A stretch of DNA of 64,000 nucleotides, taken from the IMG/VR virus record IMGVR_UViG_3300049460_000128, positions 186,001 to 250,000 of that record. One strand, written 5' to 3'. The position numbers and the translations under genes are program-made. Below are positions 9,584-18,923 of this stretch, piece after piece (the first letter of the stretch is position 1; each line of letters opens with the position of its first letter). Under the pieces are notes generated by a model. The model did no database searches. It was not told the origin of the DNA and saw nothing but the letters and a program-made list of their open reading frames with translations.

Positions 9584-9659
9584 AAATGCGAATTCCCCGA
9601 ATCAAGTTCTACCTCTACTATAGAGACTCAATCGGGGAATCGCAATATTTTACTTCAGA

Positions 9660-11627
9660 TCAAGCTTGCTGTTTCAGCCACTCTTTATTGAACGGATACT
9701 GAATGATCTCGGTACTAAGTACCATATCATCTTTAGCCAGTTCAATGAACTCCTGTTGCGCGATGGTGTTTTCCTTCAACAGTGCATTCACGATACGCGC
9801 AAACAGTGGCTTATTGCCTTTGATGAGATCCATGGCCCGAGCGTATTGATCATTCAAGATCTGTTCAATGGCTTTATTAGTTGCCGACAGATCAGTGACG
9901 TGGGTGACGCCGCCATTGCCCTGAGCATCGACGCGCGCCAGAGTATCACCAAGGCCGTAGTTACGAACCATATCGCTTGCAATCTTGGTTGCACGACTCA
10001 AGTCGTGTGACGCGCCAGAGCTGCGGTTGTTTGCGCCGAAGAACACTTCCTCGGCAACCGTGCCCGCCAGATAAGTCGCGATCTCATCCAGGTGATCCTG
10101 TTTGGTCATGATCGCGCCGCTTGTAGTAGGCAGCATGTAGCCACCTTCAAACGAAGCAGGATTGATCTTGATCTCAATCGGAGCACTCTTGGTCAGCGCC
10201 GCGAATACAAAACCGTGACCAGTTTCATGCACGGCAACCAATGTCTTGGTGTCGAGTGTGGTCTTGGACTTCTTGAGGTTCAGTTCGAGATCGACTGGGA
10301 AGTTGGTACTTGCATTGTTCCCTGTAACCACGATCGACTTCGCATCAGCACTCATCTTCATGCCGACATCCAGATAACCATTCTCGATGGCCCAGAACGT
10401 AGCATCGACCAACACACCACTGAAGATCATGTGGATCGACGAGAACACAGGACGAGTACCCTGAGTTGGATACACGGAGTTGTTGTAGATCTCACGATGG
10501 ATCGACTTGTCCAACGTGAAGACGATATCCGATACCGCAGTCATCTCGTCGATGTAACGCTTGCAGGTCGACTCAATCAAACGCTCATACGACAACTTGC
10601 TCATCGATGGATAGATGATGTGGTTGTTGCCCATACGTGCGATCTGCTCTGGACGGAAACGACGCTTCAGATGACGCTTGATGTCAGTGCTGCTGATCTT
10701 CTTGGTCATGTCATGGTAGAAGTCAGCATCGGTATCGCAATCGTCCGTGCTGTCACTGCCAGTGAATGCCGAATCCAGATTGCCGGAGATGAAGATCAGG
10801 AGCTTCGTGTAATCGATTTCCCACGACACACGCTGTTGCTTGAGATCGGCCAATGCCAGGCTGGTGCGGTCTGCATCCCATTTCATGATCTCGGAAACAG
10901 ATTCACTCAAACGCAGAAGCTTCTTGAGATTCTTGGCTTCATACGGATAGACCTTGAACGCACGTTGCTTCTTGGCTTTCTTTGGCTTTTCTTCCTCGTC
11001 CTCGTCGAGATCATCGTCGTCTTCAGTACCAACACCATCCTGGTCCCATGCACGATATGCCAACATCATCTCGATCTCAGCAAAGATTGATGCGTCGGCG
11101 GAGAATTTGCCATCACTAAGCAAAGTCCAGACGTCCTGGAAACGCTCAACCTTAACATCACCACCCACTTCATCAACAGTACGGAAGCGCTGGATCTCAT
11201 CCAACAGCAAGATGCCTGGCTTACCTTCGTCGATGGTGCTGGTACCCAACAGTTTAGTGATGCTGTTGGCATTGTAGGACGAAGTAACGGAACCACCGTC
11301 CATTTGAACTTCAACGAACTTTTCGTTGAATTGCAACAACGATACGATACGACGTACCAGTTGCGTTTTTCCCACACCAGTCATACCCCAGAGGTTGATG
11401 ATGACCGGGCGAGTAATGATATCTGGGAAGATATACCATGCCGAAATGGCAGAGATTACCTTGTCAATGATTGTATCAAGACCAAAGAACTCAGTCTTCA
11501 GTTGCGCGGCCACGCTGGCAAGCTTTGCACGCTTTTCGGCAATGACTGTATTGTCCAGTTTGGCTTTGATCGGTACTACGTTGTTGCTTGCGGTCATGGG
11601 GAAGAGCCTTTTAATAATTGGAGGCAA
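9660..11627 (-). CDS. AAA+ ATPase fused to a peptidase M41 (FtsH-like) domain, soluble
   Basis: Walker A GMTGVGKT, Walker B LLLDEIQ, Clp-like RRFRPEQIARMG. C-terminal VAVHETGH (HExxH), LAGTVAEEVFFG and GASHDLSRAT. No transmembrane segment. Confidence 0.82.
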   Translation of the reverse strand: MPPIIKRLFPMTASNNVVPIKAKLDNTVIAEKRAKLASVAAQLKTEFFGLDTIIDKVISAISAWYIFPDIITRPVIINLWGMTGVGKTQLVRRIVSLLQFNEKFVEVQMDGGSVTSSYNANSITKLLGTSTIDEGKPGILLLDEIQRFRTVDEVGGDVKVERFQDVWTLLSDGKFSADASIFAEIEMMLAYRAWDQDGVGTEDDDDLDEDEEEKPKKAKKQRAFKVYPYEAKNLKKLLRLSESVSEIMKWDADRTSLALADLKQQRVSWEIDYTKLLIFISGNLDSAFTGSDSTDDCDTDADFYHDMTKKISSTDIKRHLKRRFRPEQIARMGNNHIIYPSMSKLSYERLIESTCKRYIDEMTAVSDIVFTLDKSIHREIYNNSVYPTQGTRPVFSSIHMIFSGVLVDATFWAIENGYLDVGMKMSADAKSIVVTGNNASTNFPVDLELNLKKSKTTLDTKTLVAVHETGHGFVFAALTKSAPIEIKINPASFEGGYMLPTTSGAIMTKQDHLDEIATYLAGTVAEEVFFGANNRSSGASHDLSRATKIASDMVRNYGLGDTLARVDAQGNGGVTHVTDLSATNKAIEQILNDQYARAMDLIKGNKPLFARIVNALLKENTIAQQEFIELAKDDMVLSTEIIQYPFNKEWLKQQA

Positions 11628-11691
11628 GTTGTATTGCCAGTTGCCAGTATACTGACATTACTCTTTCTTGCAAGTGGCAAGAAATTAACTT

Positions 11692-12096
11692 TTACGGAAT
11701 CACACAGTCAAGCGACTTCAACTGATCCATTAATTGCAGCTTACGAACCGCATAATAGGAGAACCAACGATCACGATTGTCCCATATGAATTCTTCATAC
11801 CGTGCCAACCCATTGCACGGACAGTCATCTGGAAATGCCATCTCATTGATCATCACATAATGGATACAGTCAACATCACGAACGATGATGTAGCTGTCTG
11901 GATCTTCCGCTGCCATCTTCTCCAGATCTGGAACAGTTTCATCCAAGTGACATACATACTCATCATGGATGTTACTGCTATCGATGGCAATATGCTCACG
12001 ATCACAATATGAACAATTGATCGCCGTTGCACCACCACCAGACAAAGAGTTCACAAACGCATCACTGACCTTGGGTCCATCATATTTTCTTTTCAT
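11692..12096 (-). CDS. Hypothetical Cys-containing protein
   Basis: CSYC and CPC motifs; lacks the array motif. Confidence 0.6.
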   Translation of the reverse strand: MKRKYDGPKVSDAFVNSLSGGGATAINCSYCDREHIAIDSSNIHDEYVCHLDETVPDLEKMAAEDPDSYIIVRDVDCIHYVMINEMAFPDDCPCNGLARYEEFIWDNRDRWFSYYAVRKLQLMDQLKSLDCVIP

Positions 12097-12629
12097 ATAC
12101 TCAACTTAAACATTGTCATATCGGATTCAGTCATAGCAACCTTCCACTCAAAATCATGCAGCTCCTCGTCACCCAGGGCGTCATATATGGTTTTATACAA
12201 GTGAACTCTACCATTATGCCGGTTGATCAACTCATTGATTTCCGGCTTTAACATGAGATCAACATGGTGCCGTGGTACAACTATGCTATCCAACTGAGGG
12301 ACTTGTTTGAAATGAATAGTTGAACGAAACGCCTCAAAATGATCAGCAAACCAATCCTGCGAAATACGAAGCTCCGTCATATCTGGAAACTTATAGACGG
12401 ACAAGAACCAATAACCTAACTTCAACTCATAAGTCATATACTTGAGCTTGAACACTACCATATCGCCCAAGGAGTCAAACTCCATATAGGTCAAGAAGCC
12501 ATCGCCATCCGCATAACTCAACTTATGACCATCAGCCAAAATCAAACTCTCAGTGGTAAGAGCCAAGTCCCTAAGACTGGGATCATGCCCACACTGACCC
12601 TCATCATATATGGCAATGAAGTACGTCAT
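12093..12629 (-). CDS. FKLT-family protein, double unit
   Basis: Internal FDSLGDMVVFKLKY and terminal MTESDMTMFKLSI. Confidence 0.75.
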   Translation of the reverse strand: MTYFIAIYDEGQCGHDPSLRDLALTTESLILADGHKLSYADGDGFLTYMEFDSLGDMVVFKLKYMTYELKLGYWFLSVYKFPDMTELRISQDWFADHFEAFRSTIHFKQVPQLDSIVVPRHHVDLMLKPEINELINRHNGRVHLYKTIYDALGDEELHDFEWKVAMTESDMTMFKLSI

Positions 12630-12844
12630 ATCAACACATCACTATACTTGAGTCGAAACATTACCGCCTGCTCATCACTCATAAACTGAATGTGAATGAA
12701 CCCCTGATCTATGAACAAAATCGTTGAGTCATATCCCTCAGATCTCAACTCACTAACAATCTCACCCTTCAACATGGGAAAACCCGTAGGCACACACAAC
12801 GCCTTTACGGCATTAGCAGTCAATCGAATATAACTCATGGACAA
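12626..12844 (-). CDS. FKLT-family small protein
   Basis: FMSDEQAVMFRLKY. Confidence 0.75.
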   Translation of the reverse strand: MSMSYIRLTANAVKALCVPTGFPMLKGEIVSELRSEGYDSTILFIDQGFIHIQFMSDEQAVMFRLKYSDVLI

Positions 12845-13086
12845 CTCAACTTGAATAGCATCAAGTCCTCTTCAGACTCAAAGGTAAGATACGGAGCATC
12901 AGTCTCCAACTCAACCTGACCATATCTGGTGTTTATAACAAACGGCTCCCGCCTACTAGACAATACACCTTTGTACTTGGCAACAACACCAGCATACGGC
13001 TCACGAATCGAAGACGGCGCATAGACAGCATACTGATTCATGGTACACTCACACCAGTCACTCGGTATTTTGATTGATATACTCAT
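12835..13086 (-). CDS. FKLT-family small protein
   Basis: FESEEDLMLFKLSCP. Confidence 0.75.
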   Translation of the reverse strand: MSISIKIPSDWCECTMNQYAVYAPSSIREPYAGVVAKYKGVLSSRREPFVINTRYGQVELETDAPYLTFESEEDLMLFKLSCP

Positions 13087-13292
13087 AGGTGAGTCAACTT
13101 AAACAAGGCAGCCGAGGCTTCATCCGGAAACACAATACTGCAAAAACTCCAACCATGATGATCATCCCACTTAATGTCATACCCCATTCGTCTCGCTATA
13201 TCAATCACCTTATCAATATGACGGATCTGAGCAGTCGTGTAGGTATGCTGGTGATCATCAAAGACTTCAAGTTTAACGATTCCGGTCATCAC
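13083..13292 (-). CDS. FKLT-family small protein
   Basis: FPDEASAALFKLTHL. Confidence 0.8.
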   Translation of the reverse strand: MMTGIVKLEVFDDHQHTYTTAQIRHIDKVIDIARRMGYDIKWDDHHGWSFCSIVFPDEASAALFKLTHL

Positions 13293-13593
13293 TTGGTATC
13301 ACATTAAGCCAATAGTCACTCATACTCAATTTAAACAAAACAGACTGTTCTGATGTCGTAAACTCCAGGTAGGTTTTTGGATTCTCGTCAAGAGTTTCGA
13401 CAGGAATGACCAGATTCAGCGTTCTTAGGTCAAACCCAGCATCCACGATTGCTAGCTGCATTGGGTACTTGAGGCCACCAAAACTCTTGGCCAATTTGCC
13501 ACCCATCATCACACTACGATGGTTCACCCAGTTGACCCAATGATCCGGTATTTCGATACGATCCATATGCTTTATAAAAAACTTTGGTGCCAC
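13273..13593 (-). CDS. FKLT-family small protein (likely start ATG 13566)
   Basis: FTTSEQSVLFKLSM. Confidence 0.7.
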   Translation of the reverse strand: MAPKFFIKHMDRIEIPDHWVNWVNHRSVMMGGKLAKSFGGLKYPMQLAIVDAGFDLRTLNLVIPVETLDENPKTYLEFTTSEQSVLFKLSMSDYWLNVIPSDDRNR

Positions 13594-13689
13594 ATTATGG
13601 CACCATTTGTTGAGTTACTGCTGACCCATATATCATGTTACGGCGTCATGGATCGTCACCAGTCAGTCGTATGACTCTGGGATGACACC

Positions 13690-13965
13690 TTACATGTACG
13701 TGAGCTTAAACAGCGCAGCTTCGTCTTCATGCTCAAAATGCAGATATGGCAAGCTTACTGGAAATTTGAGTTTGATTGACTCGCCAGTATGAAGAGGAAA
13801 ATCGAAGATGACGTCCTCGGATTCCATCACCAGAGTTGCCGCATACTGACTTACGATGTTGATCTTTTCTGGACGTAATCCTGACTTAACTTCACCCAAC
13901 GCTGTAAACTTACGAACGCCGTAGAATATGTCGACCCAATCACTTGGTAGTTTTATTCGTATCAT
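13690..13965 (-). CDS. FKLT-family small protein
   Basis: FEHEDEAALFKLTYM. Confidence 0.8.
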   Translation of the reverse strand: MIRIKLPSDWVDIFYGVRKFTALGEVKSGLRPEKINIVSQYAATLVMESEDVIFDFPLHTGESIKLKFPVSLPYLHFEHEDEAALFKLTYM

Positions 13966-14324
13966 AGGTGGGTGAGCTTGAAAATAGTTGCCGCTGCGTC
14001 ATCATCGAATGCGACGTGTGGCCAATATTGGTCGGTTCTCTGGTAGGTATGGGACACAGTAAGACCATGCTCTGGTCCCAAGTCTGCAATCTTGACTGGG
14101 TGCATGATCATATAACCACCAGCCGCATTGACGATCTCCCAGTATTCATCATCCAAGCCATAATAGCCATGGGTTTGAGCTTTGACTACTCGATTTGACG
14201 GCAAGCCCTTGGCTGCTGAATGCCAGTAATCTCGGGCGTCGTACCACCACCAGAGATTGGGAGGGCGAAAAATTACTGGCATGATAGTTTGAACATCACC
14301 GCATCTTCTTCTGTTTGGAAGCAT
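13962..14324 (-). CDS. FKLT-family small protein (likely start ATG 14282)
   Basis: FDDDAAATIFKLTHL. Confidence 0.75.
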   Translation of the reverse strand: MLPNRRRCGDVQTIMPVIFRPPNLWWWYDARDYWHSAAKGLPSNRVVKAQTHGYYGLDDEYWEIVNAAGGYMIMHPVKIADLGPEHGLTVSHTYQRTDQYWPHVAFDDDAAATIFKLTHL

Positions 14325-14536
14325 GCCATTATTTGATAATAGGGCTTTCGCATGGTTATATACTGGTCCCCATTATGGAACGAGTAATCCATGGATGTCT
14401 TACATCGCACAAGATGGCCATTGTGTTGCTTGACCATTGCCTCATAGGGCGAGTTATCAAGCTTAGCCATGAAAGCTTCCGCGACAAAGCTCCATTCGAT
14501 AGTCACATATTCTTCTGGAGTAGGAATCTGAATCAT
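14273..14536 (-). CDS. FKLT-family small protein
   Basis: FQTEEDAVMFKLSCQ. Confidence 0.78.
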   Translation of the reverse strand: MIQIPTPEEYVTIEWSFVAEAFMAKLDNSPYEAMVKQHNGHLVRCKTSMDYSFHNGDQYITMRKPYYQIMACFQTEEDAVMFKLSCQ

Positions 14537-14787
14537 AGCTCGGTCAACTTGAACAACACTGCATCAGCGTCAGTCTCAAAGGTCAGGCATGGACGCACGG
14601 CCACGTATGGATAGCTTGTACCATCGGGCAGATGCTTGACTAGCTCGTGACGCTCAAATGTGAATTGACAATTGAACTGTTCGAGTACGTGCAGACGCCC
14701 ATCGGTTAACCCTGACAGACGAAACGTTTCTTGCTTTGCATCAAAGCCCCATTTGCACCATTCATACGGTATAATAACTTTAGTCAT
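14533..14787 (-). CDS. FKLT-family small protein
   Basis: FETDADAVLFKLTEL. Confidence 0.8.
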   Translation of the reverse strand: MTKVIIPYEWCKWGFDAKQETFRLSGLTDGRLHVLEQFNCQFTFERHELVKHLPDGTSYPYVAVRPCLTFETDADAVLFKLTEL

Positions 14788-14981
14788 AGGTGTTTGAGTT
14801 TGAAAATTGCAGCGTCACCTTCGTTTTCAAACTCAATAACCCACAGGTAATGACCATCATTATCTGGAGCAGTCGCGAACACCTTGTAGCCATCAGCCCG
14901 ATAGGCGGCTATCTTGTTGTTGAATACCACATTAGGTCTGATCCTAAAGTAATCCTCAGCTAGTATGAAATGAACACTCAT
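14784..14981 (-). CDS. FKLT-family small protein
   Basis: FENEGDAAIFKLKHL. Confidence 0.8.
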   Translation of the reverse strand: MSVHFILAEDYFRIRPNVVFNNKIAAYRADGYKVFATAPDNDGHYLWVIEFENEGDAAIFKLKHL

Positions 14982-15217
14982 AGGTATGTTAGTTTGAACA
15001 TCACGGCATCTTCTTCATTGCGGAAGATCAACTTACAATATCTCCGTACATGCGGTATCATAATACCTTTATATGGCCTTTCTGATCTTTCAGTACAGGT
15101 TTTCCGTATAGCATGAACATCAGTCAAGTATTGTTCTATTTCTTGATTGATGAAGGTTGGCTCACCCCTCCAGGCAATGGCTGCTGGGCTACCGGGAGGT
15201 ATGATAAGCTCGATCAT
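14978..15217 (-). CDS. FKLT-family small protein
   Basis: FRNEEDAVMFKLTYL. Confidence 0.8.
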   Translation of the reverse strand: MIELIIPPGSPAAIAWRGEPTFINQEIEQYLTDVHAIRKTCTERSERPYKGIMIPHVRRYCKLIFRNEEDAVMFKLTYL

Positions 15218-15465
15218 TTGCCCGCGTAGGCCTTGAGTGTCTCCTTTATTGCTTCCTGCTTGGCTTCTTCGGGAGTCAGCACTGGCTTCAAAGTTTCAAC
15301 GAGCAGAACCAGATCATGGGCTGTATTGGAAATCGACAAGCGAGTGTGTTTGCCGTATTGCTTCTTGAATTCCTTCAGGCGGTCAATTGCGTCGGTGATA
15401 TCAGTATTCAGAATTGGCAATTGATTCACTACTGCCCAGGTCATTGGTTGTGTGTTTTTAGTCAT
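15214..15465 (-). CDS. Hypothetical protein embedded in the array (no motif)
   Basis: Overlaps both neighbours; ends YAGK. Confidence 0.65.
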   Translation of the reverse strand: MTKNTQPMTWAVVNQLPILNTDITDAIDRLKEFKKQYGKHTRLSISNTAHDLVLLVETLKPVLTPEEAKQEAIKETLKAYAGK

Positions 15466-15682
15466 TTGGTATACTCAGTTTGAAAATTGCCAGATCACTC
15501 TCGGTCATGAACAGAAGAGTGTTGTTCCTGCCATTGTATATGGCGCCAAGATTATTTGCTAACTCTTGACACCAACTTGTCAACACACAGATGCGATCAC
15601 GATCCTCATTTGCCATAAGGAAAGTGACTCGATAGAAGTCAGTCTCTTTACCTGTTGGGGTTGGCAGTTTGAATGAAATCAT
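15458..15682 (-). CDS. FKLT-family small protein
   Basis: FMTESDLAIFKLSI. Confidence 0.75.
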   Translation of the reverse strand: MISFKLPTPTGKETDFYRVTFLMANEDRDRICVLTSWCQELANNLGAIYNGRNNTLLFMTESDLAIFKLSIPND

Positions 15683-15899
15683 TGTATGTCAATTTGAATA
15701 AAGCTGCGTCCGTGTCAGTCTCGAATTTGATTACGTAGCGACGATGCATCACCCATGTATATTGAGTGTCCCGTTGATATTCATGTTCAATGGCATGTCC
15801 GGCCAGGCGGAACACATTAAGGTATTCATCTTCACCTAACACAATCTCTTGACACAAATTGAAGTGCGGATGCCATCTCGAAATTGGAATTGTGATCAT
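15648..15899 (-). CDS. FKLT-family small protein
   Basis: FETDTDAALFKLTY. Confidence 0.78.
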   Translation of the reverse strand: MITIPISRWHPHFNLCQEIVLGEDEYLNVFRLAGHAIEHEYQRDTQYTWVMHRRYVIKFETDTDAALFKLTYNDFIQTANPNR

Positions 15900-16207
15900 A
15901 AGTGCGTGAGTTTGAACAAGGCAGCTTCATCTTGAGTGGGAAATACCAGCCAATAACGAAGGTCAAGTGTTTGAATGATAGTGTCGCACTTCAGATGCTC
16001 TAAGGCTGGGCGCAGGATGGGATTGAAGCGGATGAAATGTGTGATGCCGGCCGGTGGCCATTTCCATGGAGTCACTTCCAATGCGGTATCAGGCAAGGCC
16101 ACTGGATCACGATAGATCAGCACCTTACCGATAAAGAATTCACATATGAAGCGTTCGAGACGCGGCTCGTTGATGTAGTCCATATTGCCAGTATAACAAA
16201 GCCACAT
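15896..16207 (-). CDS. FKLT-family small protein
   Basis: FPTQDEAALFKLTHL. Confidence 0.78.
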   Translation of the reverse strand: MWLCYTGNMDYINEPRLERFICEFFIGKVLIYRDPVALPDTALEVTPWKWPPAGITHFIRFNPILRPALEHLKCDTIIQTLDLRYWLVFPTQDEAALFKLTHL

Positions 16208-16231
16208 GATGGCAAGTCTGGCAATATTTCA

Positions 16232-16459
16232 CTATTGAGTGAATGGTTCCATGTGGATCTTATCGGCCCACTTGAGACGAAACACGGCCATATCCTCTTC
16301 GTCGTCAAGCCATATCATCTGCTGATTATGGCCAAGTTTTGATGTGATGGATCCCACACGACCATCAAGACGAATCTCCGCAAGATGCGATTGGTATCGA
16401 GTGAAGCAATCGTGATAATTGCGCCATAGTGGCGACAAGATTATGTATGCGTAAGTCAT
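16232..16459 (-). CDS. FKLT-family small protein
   Basis: LDDEEDMAVFRLKW. Confidence 0.72.
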   Translation of the reverse strand: MTYAYIILSPLWRNYHDCFTRYQSHLAEIRLDGRVGSITSKLGHNQQMIWLDDEEDMAVFRLKWADKIHMEPFTQ

Positions 16460-16791
16460 AGGTGAGTCAATTTGAACAAGGCCGCAGCCTCTTCGGAGTC
16501 AAAGAATAAACGGGCATTCTCGATATCAATCTTCACCTGATTATCCTTACAAGTCTTATAGAAGTCTTCTCGTAGGAACCGACGGCGCACAGGCAAACCA
16601 CCGTCGTTCCATCCCGAAAGAACGGTTATGACACCAAGTGGGCAGGCCAATGAAGCCACGCCGGAAGTCGCGGCATCTTCTGGATCAACAATCTCACCGA
16701 ATATGAAACTCATATTGTAGCCTAAAAAGTACCGCGTCTGCTTCAGTCTCGAAGATAAAATACGCTGACGACATACCTTCGCCATATCCAA
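16456..16791 (-). CDS. FKLT-family small protein (start uncertain)
   Basis: FDSEEAAALFKLTHL. Confidence 0.75.
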   Translation of the reverse strand: MDMAKVCRQRILSSRLKQTRYFLGYNMSFIFGEIVDPEDAATSGVASLACPLGVITVLSGWNDGGLPVRRRFLREDFYKTCKDNQVKIDIENARLFFDSEEAAALFKLTHL

Positions 16792-16972
16792 TTTTCACCT
16801 CATCGTTGGTCTGCTTACGGGCCTCAGACATGGATTCAATGAGATCAAACAATGGACTTACCGTTGCGGGGTCGCGAGTGTAGAAGGTCAGGTGATAGCT
16901 AATTTCACCACAGTGATTTGATAGAATTCCAGATCGCTCATGTAGTCGATGAGCATTTGATGACCACGCCAT
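16694..16972 (-). CDS. FKLT-family small protein (start uncertain)
   Basis: FETEADAVLFRLQY. Confidence 0.72.
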   Translation of the reverse strand: MAWSSNAHRLHERSGILSNHCGEISYHLTFYTRDPATVSPLFDLIESMSEARKQTNDEVKIGYGEGMSSAYFIFETEADAVLFRLQYEFHIR

Positions 16973-17166
16973 AACGGGTGATCAGCCGTAGTGCTCAGAT
17001 GTTCAGGTGTCTTGGGCAAAAGCTCGTGCAAGACTATTGTGTGCAAGCCTGGGTTTTCTGGAAGAATCCAGTCGCACCAAGCTTCTGCTTCGTCTTCTTC
17101 TACATCGTATTTCTTTGCCGCGTATTCGATCAGATCGTCGGCTTCAACTCGTACATTATGGTGCAT
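16888..17166 (-). CDS. Hypothetical acidic protein embedded in the array (no motif)
   Basis: Collinear ORF. Confidence 0.6.
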   Translation of the reverse strand: MHHNVRVEADDLIEYAAKKYDVEEDEAEAWCDWILPENPGLHTIVLHELLPKTPEHLSTTADHPLWRGHQMLIDYMSDLEFYQITVVKLAIT

Positions 17167-17168
17167 GA

Positions 17169-17375
17169 TTACAGGTGGGTTAGTTTAAAAAGTGCTGCGG
17201 CATCTTCGGTTCTGAAAAACATCAAACCACGTTTGGTGTCATAGCTGATCTTGTGTTCACGCAGTAAAGCACCGAACTCAGCAGTCACATGTGACTGTTC
17301 TTTCCAGTCACTAGTGTAATAGTAGAAGATACGAAATTTGTGGGGAATTTCAACTTTAATCTTGGAACGTTTCAT
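17169..17375 (-). CDS. FKLT-family small protein
   Basis: FRTEDAAALFKLTHL. Confidence 0.8.
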   Translation of the reverse strand: MKRSKIKVEIPHKFRIFYYYTSDWKEQSHVTAEFGALLREHKISYDTKRGLMFFRTEDAAALFKLTHL

Positions 17376-17584
17376 AGGTATGTGAGTTTGAAAAGTGCTG
17401 CCTCTGCTTCATTCTGGAAGTCTATGTAATAGCATAGCTTGAAGTTGAATTGGCCATATTCTTCGTGTTTGGTTTTCACCTTAAAGCCAGCTGCTTCTAA
17501 TTTATCGAACCACGCATACTCGGCAAGGGCTGTCACACTCGAGACTGAGTATGCCATTCGATCAAGCAAAATTATTCTAACCAT
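17372..17584 (-). CDS. FKLT-family small protein
   Basis: FQNEAEAALFKLTYL. Confidence 0.8.
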   Translation of the reverse strand: MVRIILLDRMAYSVSSVTALAEYAWFDKLEAAGFKVKTKHEEYGQFNFKLCYYIDFQNEAEAALFKLTYL

Positions 17585-17765
17585 AGTGCGTTAACTTCCA
17601 AATGACTGCATCGGCTTCAGTTTCAAACTCCATCCAAATTTGTCGTCGACCATCCACTTCACCCCACCTGGGTTCATGGCCTTTACTTCGCCATTCTATC
17701 AGATCTCGAACGAAGGAATTATTGCGTGGCCTCAGTATAGCATCGTAAAGGATTACTCGTATCAT
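17577..17765 (-). CDS. FKLT-family small protein
   Basis: FETEADAVIWKLTHYG. Confidence 0.78.
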   Translation of the reverse strand: MIRVILYDAILRPRNNSFVRDLIEWRSKGHEPRWGEVDGRRQIWMEFETEADAVIWKLTHYG

Positions 17766-17959
17766 AGGAATTTCAATTTGAATATGGCAGCGTCATCGTC
17801 AGTATCAAAATCCACATAGTATCGATAGATGGCATACCGTGTGTCGTAGTTATATTGCACATCCGATCTAACCTCGAAACCAGCACTCGTTATTTGCGTC
17901 AGCAGTGTGCCCCATTGCTTGAAGTTGTATCGTGTTTGATCGAGTTCGATGTGAATCAT
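17762..17959 (-). CDS. FKLT-family small protein
   Basis: FDTDDDAAIFKLKFL. Confidence 0.8.
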   Translation of the reverse strand: MIHIELDQTRYNFKQWGTLLTQITSAGFEVRSDVQYNYDTRYAIYRYYVDFDTDDDAAIFKLKFL

Positions 17960-18174
17960 TTGACGAAGATTTCCGGATAGGTGAGTTTGAATATCGCAGC
18001 CGCTTCTTCACTACTGAAGACCACCTTGTATTTCTTGTATTTACGGCCGGTCTCATCCAGATACTCATCGAAGTCAAATTTCACTTCTTCTTTGATGAAG
18101 ACTTCTCGGGCAGCAAGCCAACGATCCTTGGTCCACAAATGGTCGATGTTGATGCCTACTGTCAAGATATTCAC
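17956..18174 (-). CDS. FKLT-family small protein
   Basis: FSSEEAAAIFKLTYP. Confidence 0.8.
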   Translation of the reverse strand: MNILTVGINIDHLWTKDRWLAAREVFIKEEVKFDFDEYLDETGRKYKKYKVVFSSEEAAAIFKLTYPEIFVK

Positions 18175-18473
18175 AGTACATTCAGCTTAAACAATGCCGC
18201 AGAAGCTTCGTCTGGGAACACCAGAGTCATACGTCGATTGTCGTTGATTGCTAGATGGGTACGATCAGTTAGATTATGTTTTTCCAAATATGCCTTGATT
18301 TCTGGCATTTTGAATTCCCAATGTGATGGGGTTCCCGGCCACACTTGTTTAGTGATACTTGCCGGATCGTATTCGTCATATACCAGTGCCGCTTTAAACA
18401 GGTGATAGGGGATAATAATAGGTACCATTCTAGCCTCATTAAGTTTGCCACATGATAGTATGGCACCACACAT
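18171..18473 (-). CDS. FKLT-family small protein (likely start ATG 18428)
   Basis: FPDEASAALFKLNVL. Confidence 0.75.
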   Translation of the reverse strand: MCGAILSCGKLNEARMVPIIIPYHLFKAALVYDEYDPASITKQVWPGTPSHWEFKMPEIKAYLEKHNLTDRTHLAINDNRRMTLVFPDEASAALFKLNVL

Positions 18474-18480
18474 AGGTAAA

Positions 18481-18690
18481 TTACATATGCGTCAACTTGA
18501 ACAAGGCAGCTTCAGTTTCATCAACGAACGGTATGTAGAAAAAACGTTTATCGGCCTCATCGTAATAGTTGACCATACATCCAAGTTTCTGATACTTAGA
18601 CGCCTGTGCGCGTAACCGCTCACGATGATCCAGTTCACTTTGTGGTGAATGATAACTGATTTTGGTGCTGCCAATTATGAGTTTGATCAT
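18481..18690 (-). CDS. FKLT-family small protein
   Basis: FVDETEAALFKLTHM. Confidence 0.8.
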   Translation of the reverse strand: MIKLIIGSTKISYHSPQSELDHRERLRAQASKYQKLGCMVNYYDEADKRFFYIPFVDETEAALFKLTHM

Positions 18691-18923
18691 AGATGAGTGA
18701 GCTTAAAGATTGCGGCGGTGGCATCATCCGAAAATCTAATCTTCAGTAAATGTGGTGCGGTCACTTCGCCATCACCAATAACAGTTCCACCCGCAGTCTT
18801 AATCAGTCGTATGGCGTCATTGGTGACGCCCCAGTACATGCAGTCGATGTACCAAGGGCTAACACTGTCTCGGGGTATAACTTCGATTAGCCATTGTTCT
18901 GGTACTGGAAGGTCGATCATCAA
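18687..18923 (-). CDS. FKLT-family small protein
   Basis: FSDDATAAIFKLTHL. Confidence 0.8.
   Translation of the reverse strand: MMIDLPVPEQWLIEVIPRDSVSPWYIDCMYWGVTNDAIRLIKTAGGTVIGDGEVTAPHLLKIRFSDDATAAIFKLTHL

Noticed and set aside
9588-9643. Imperfect inverted repeat around a TTGCGA-N17-TATAGT promoter as a mobile-element end
   Set aside because: Single occurrence, with no transposase or target duplication; more simply a terminator or operator between two genes.
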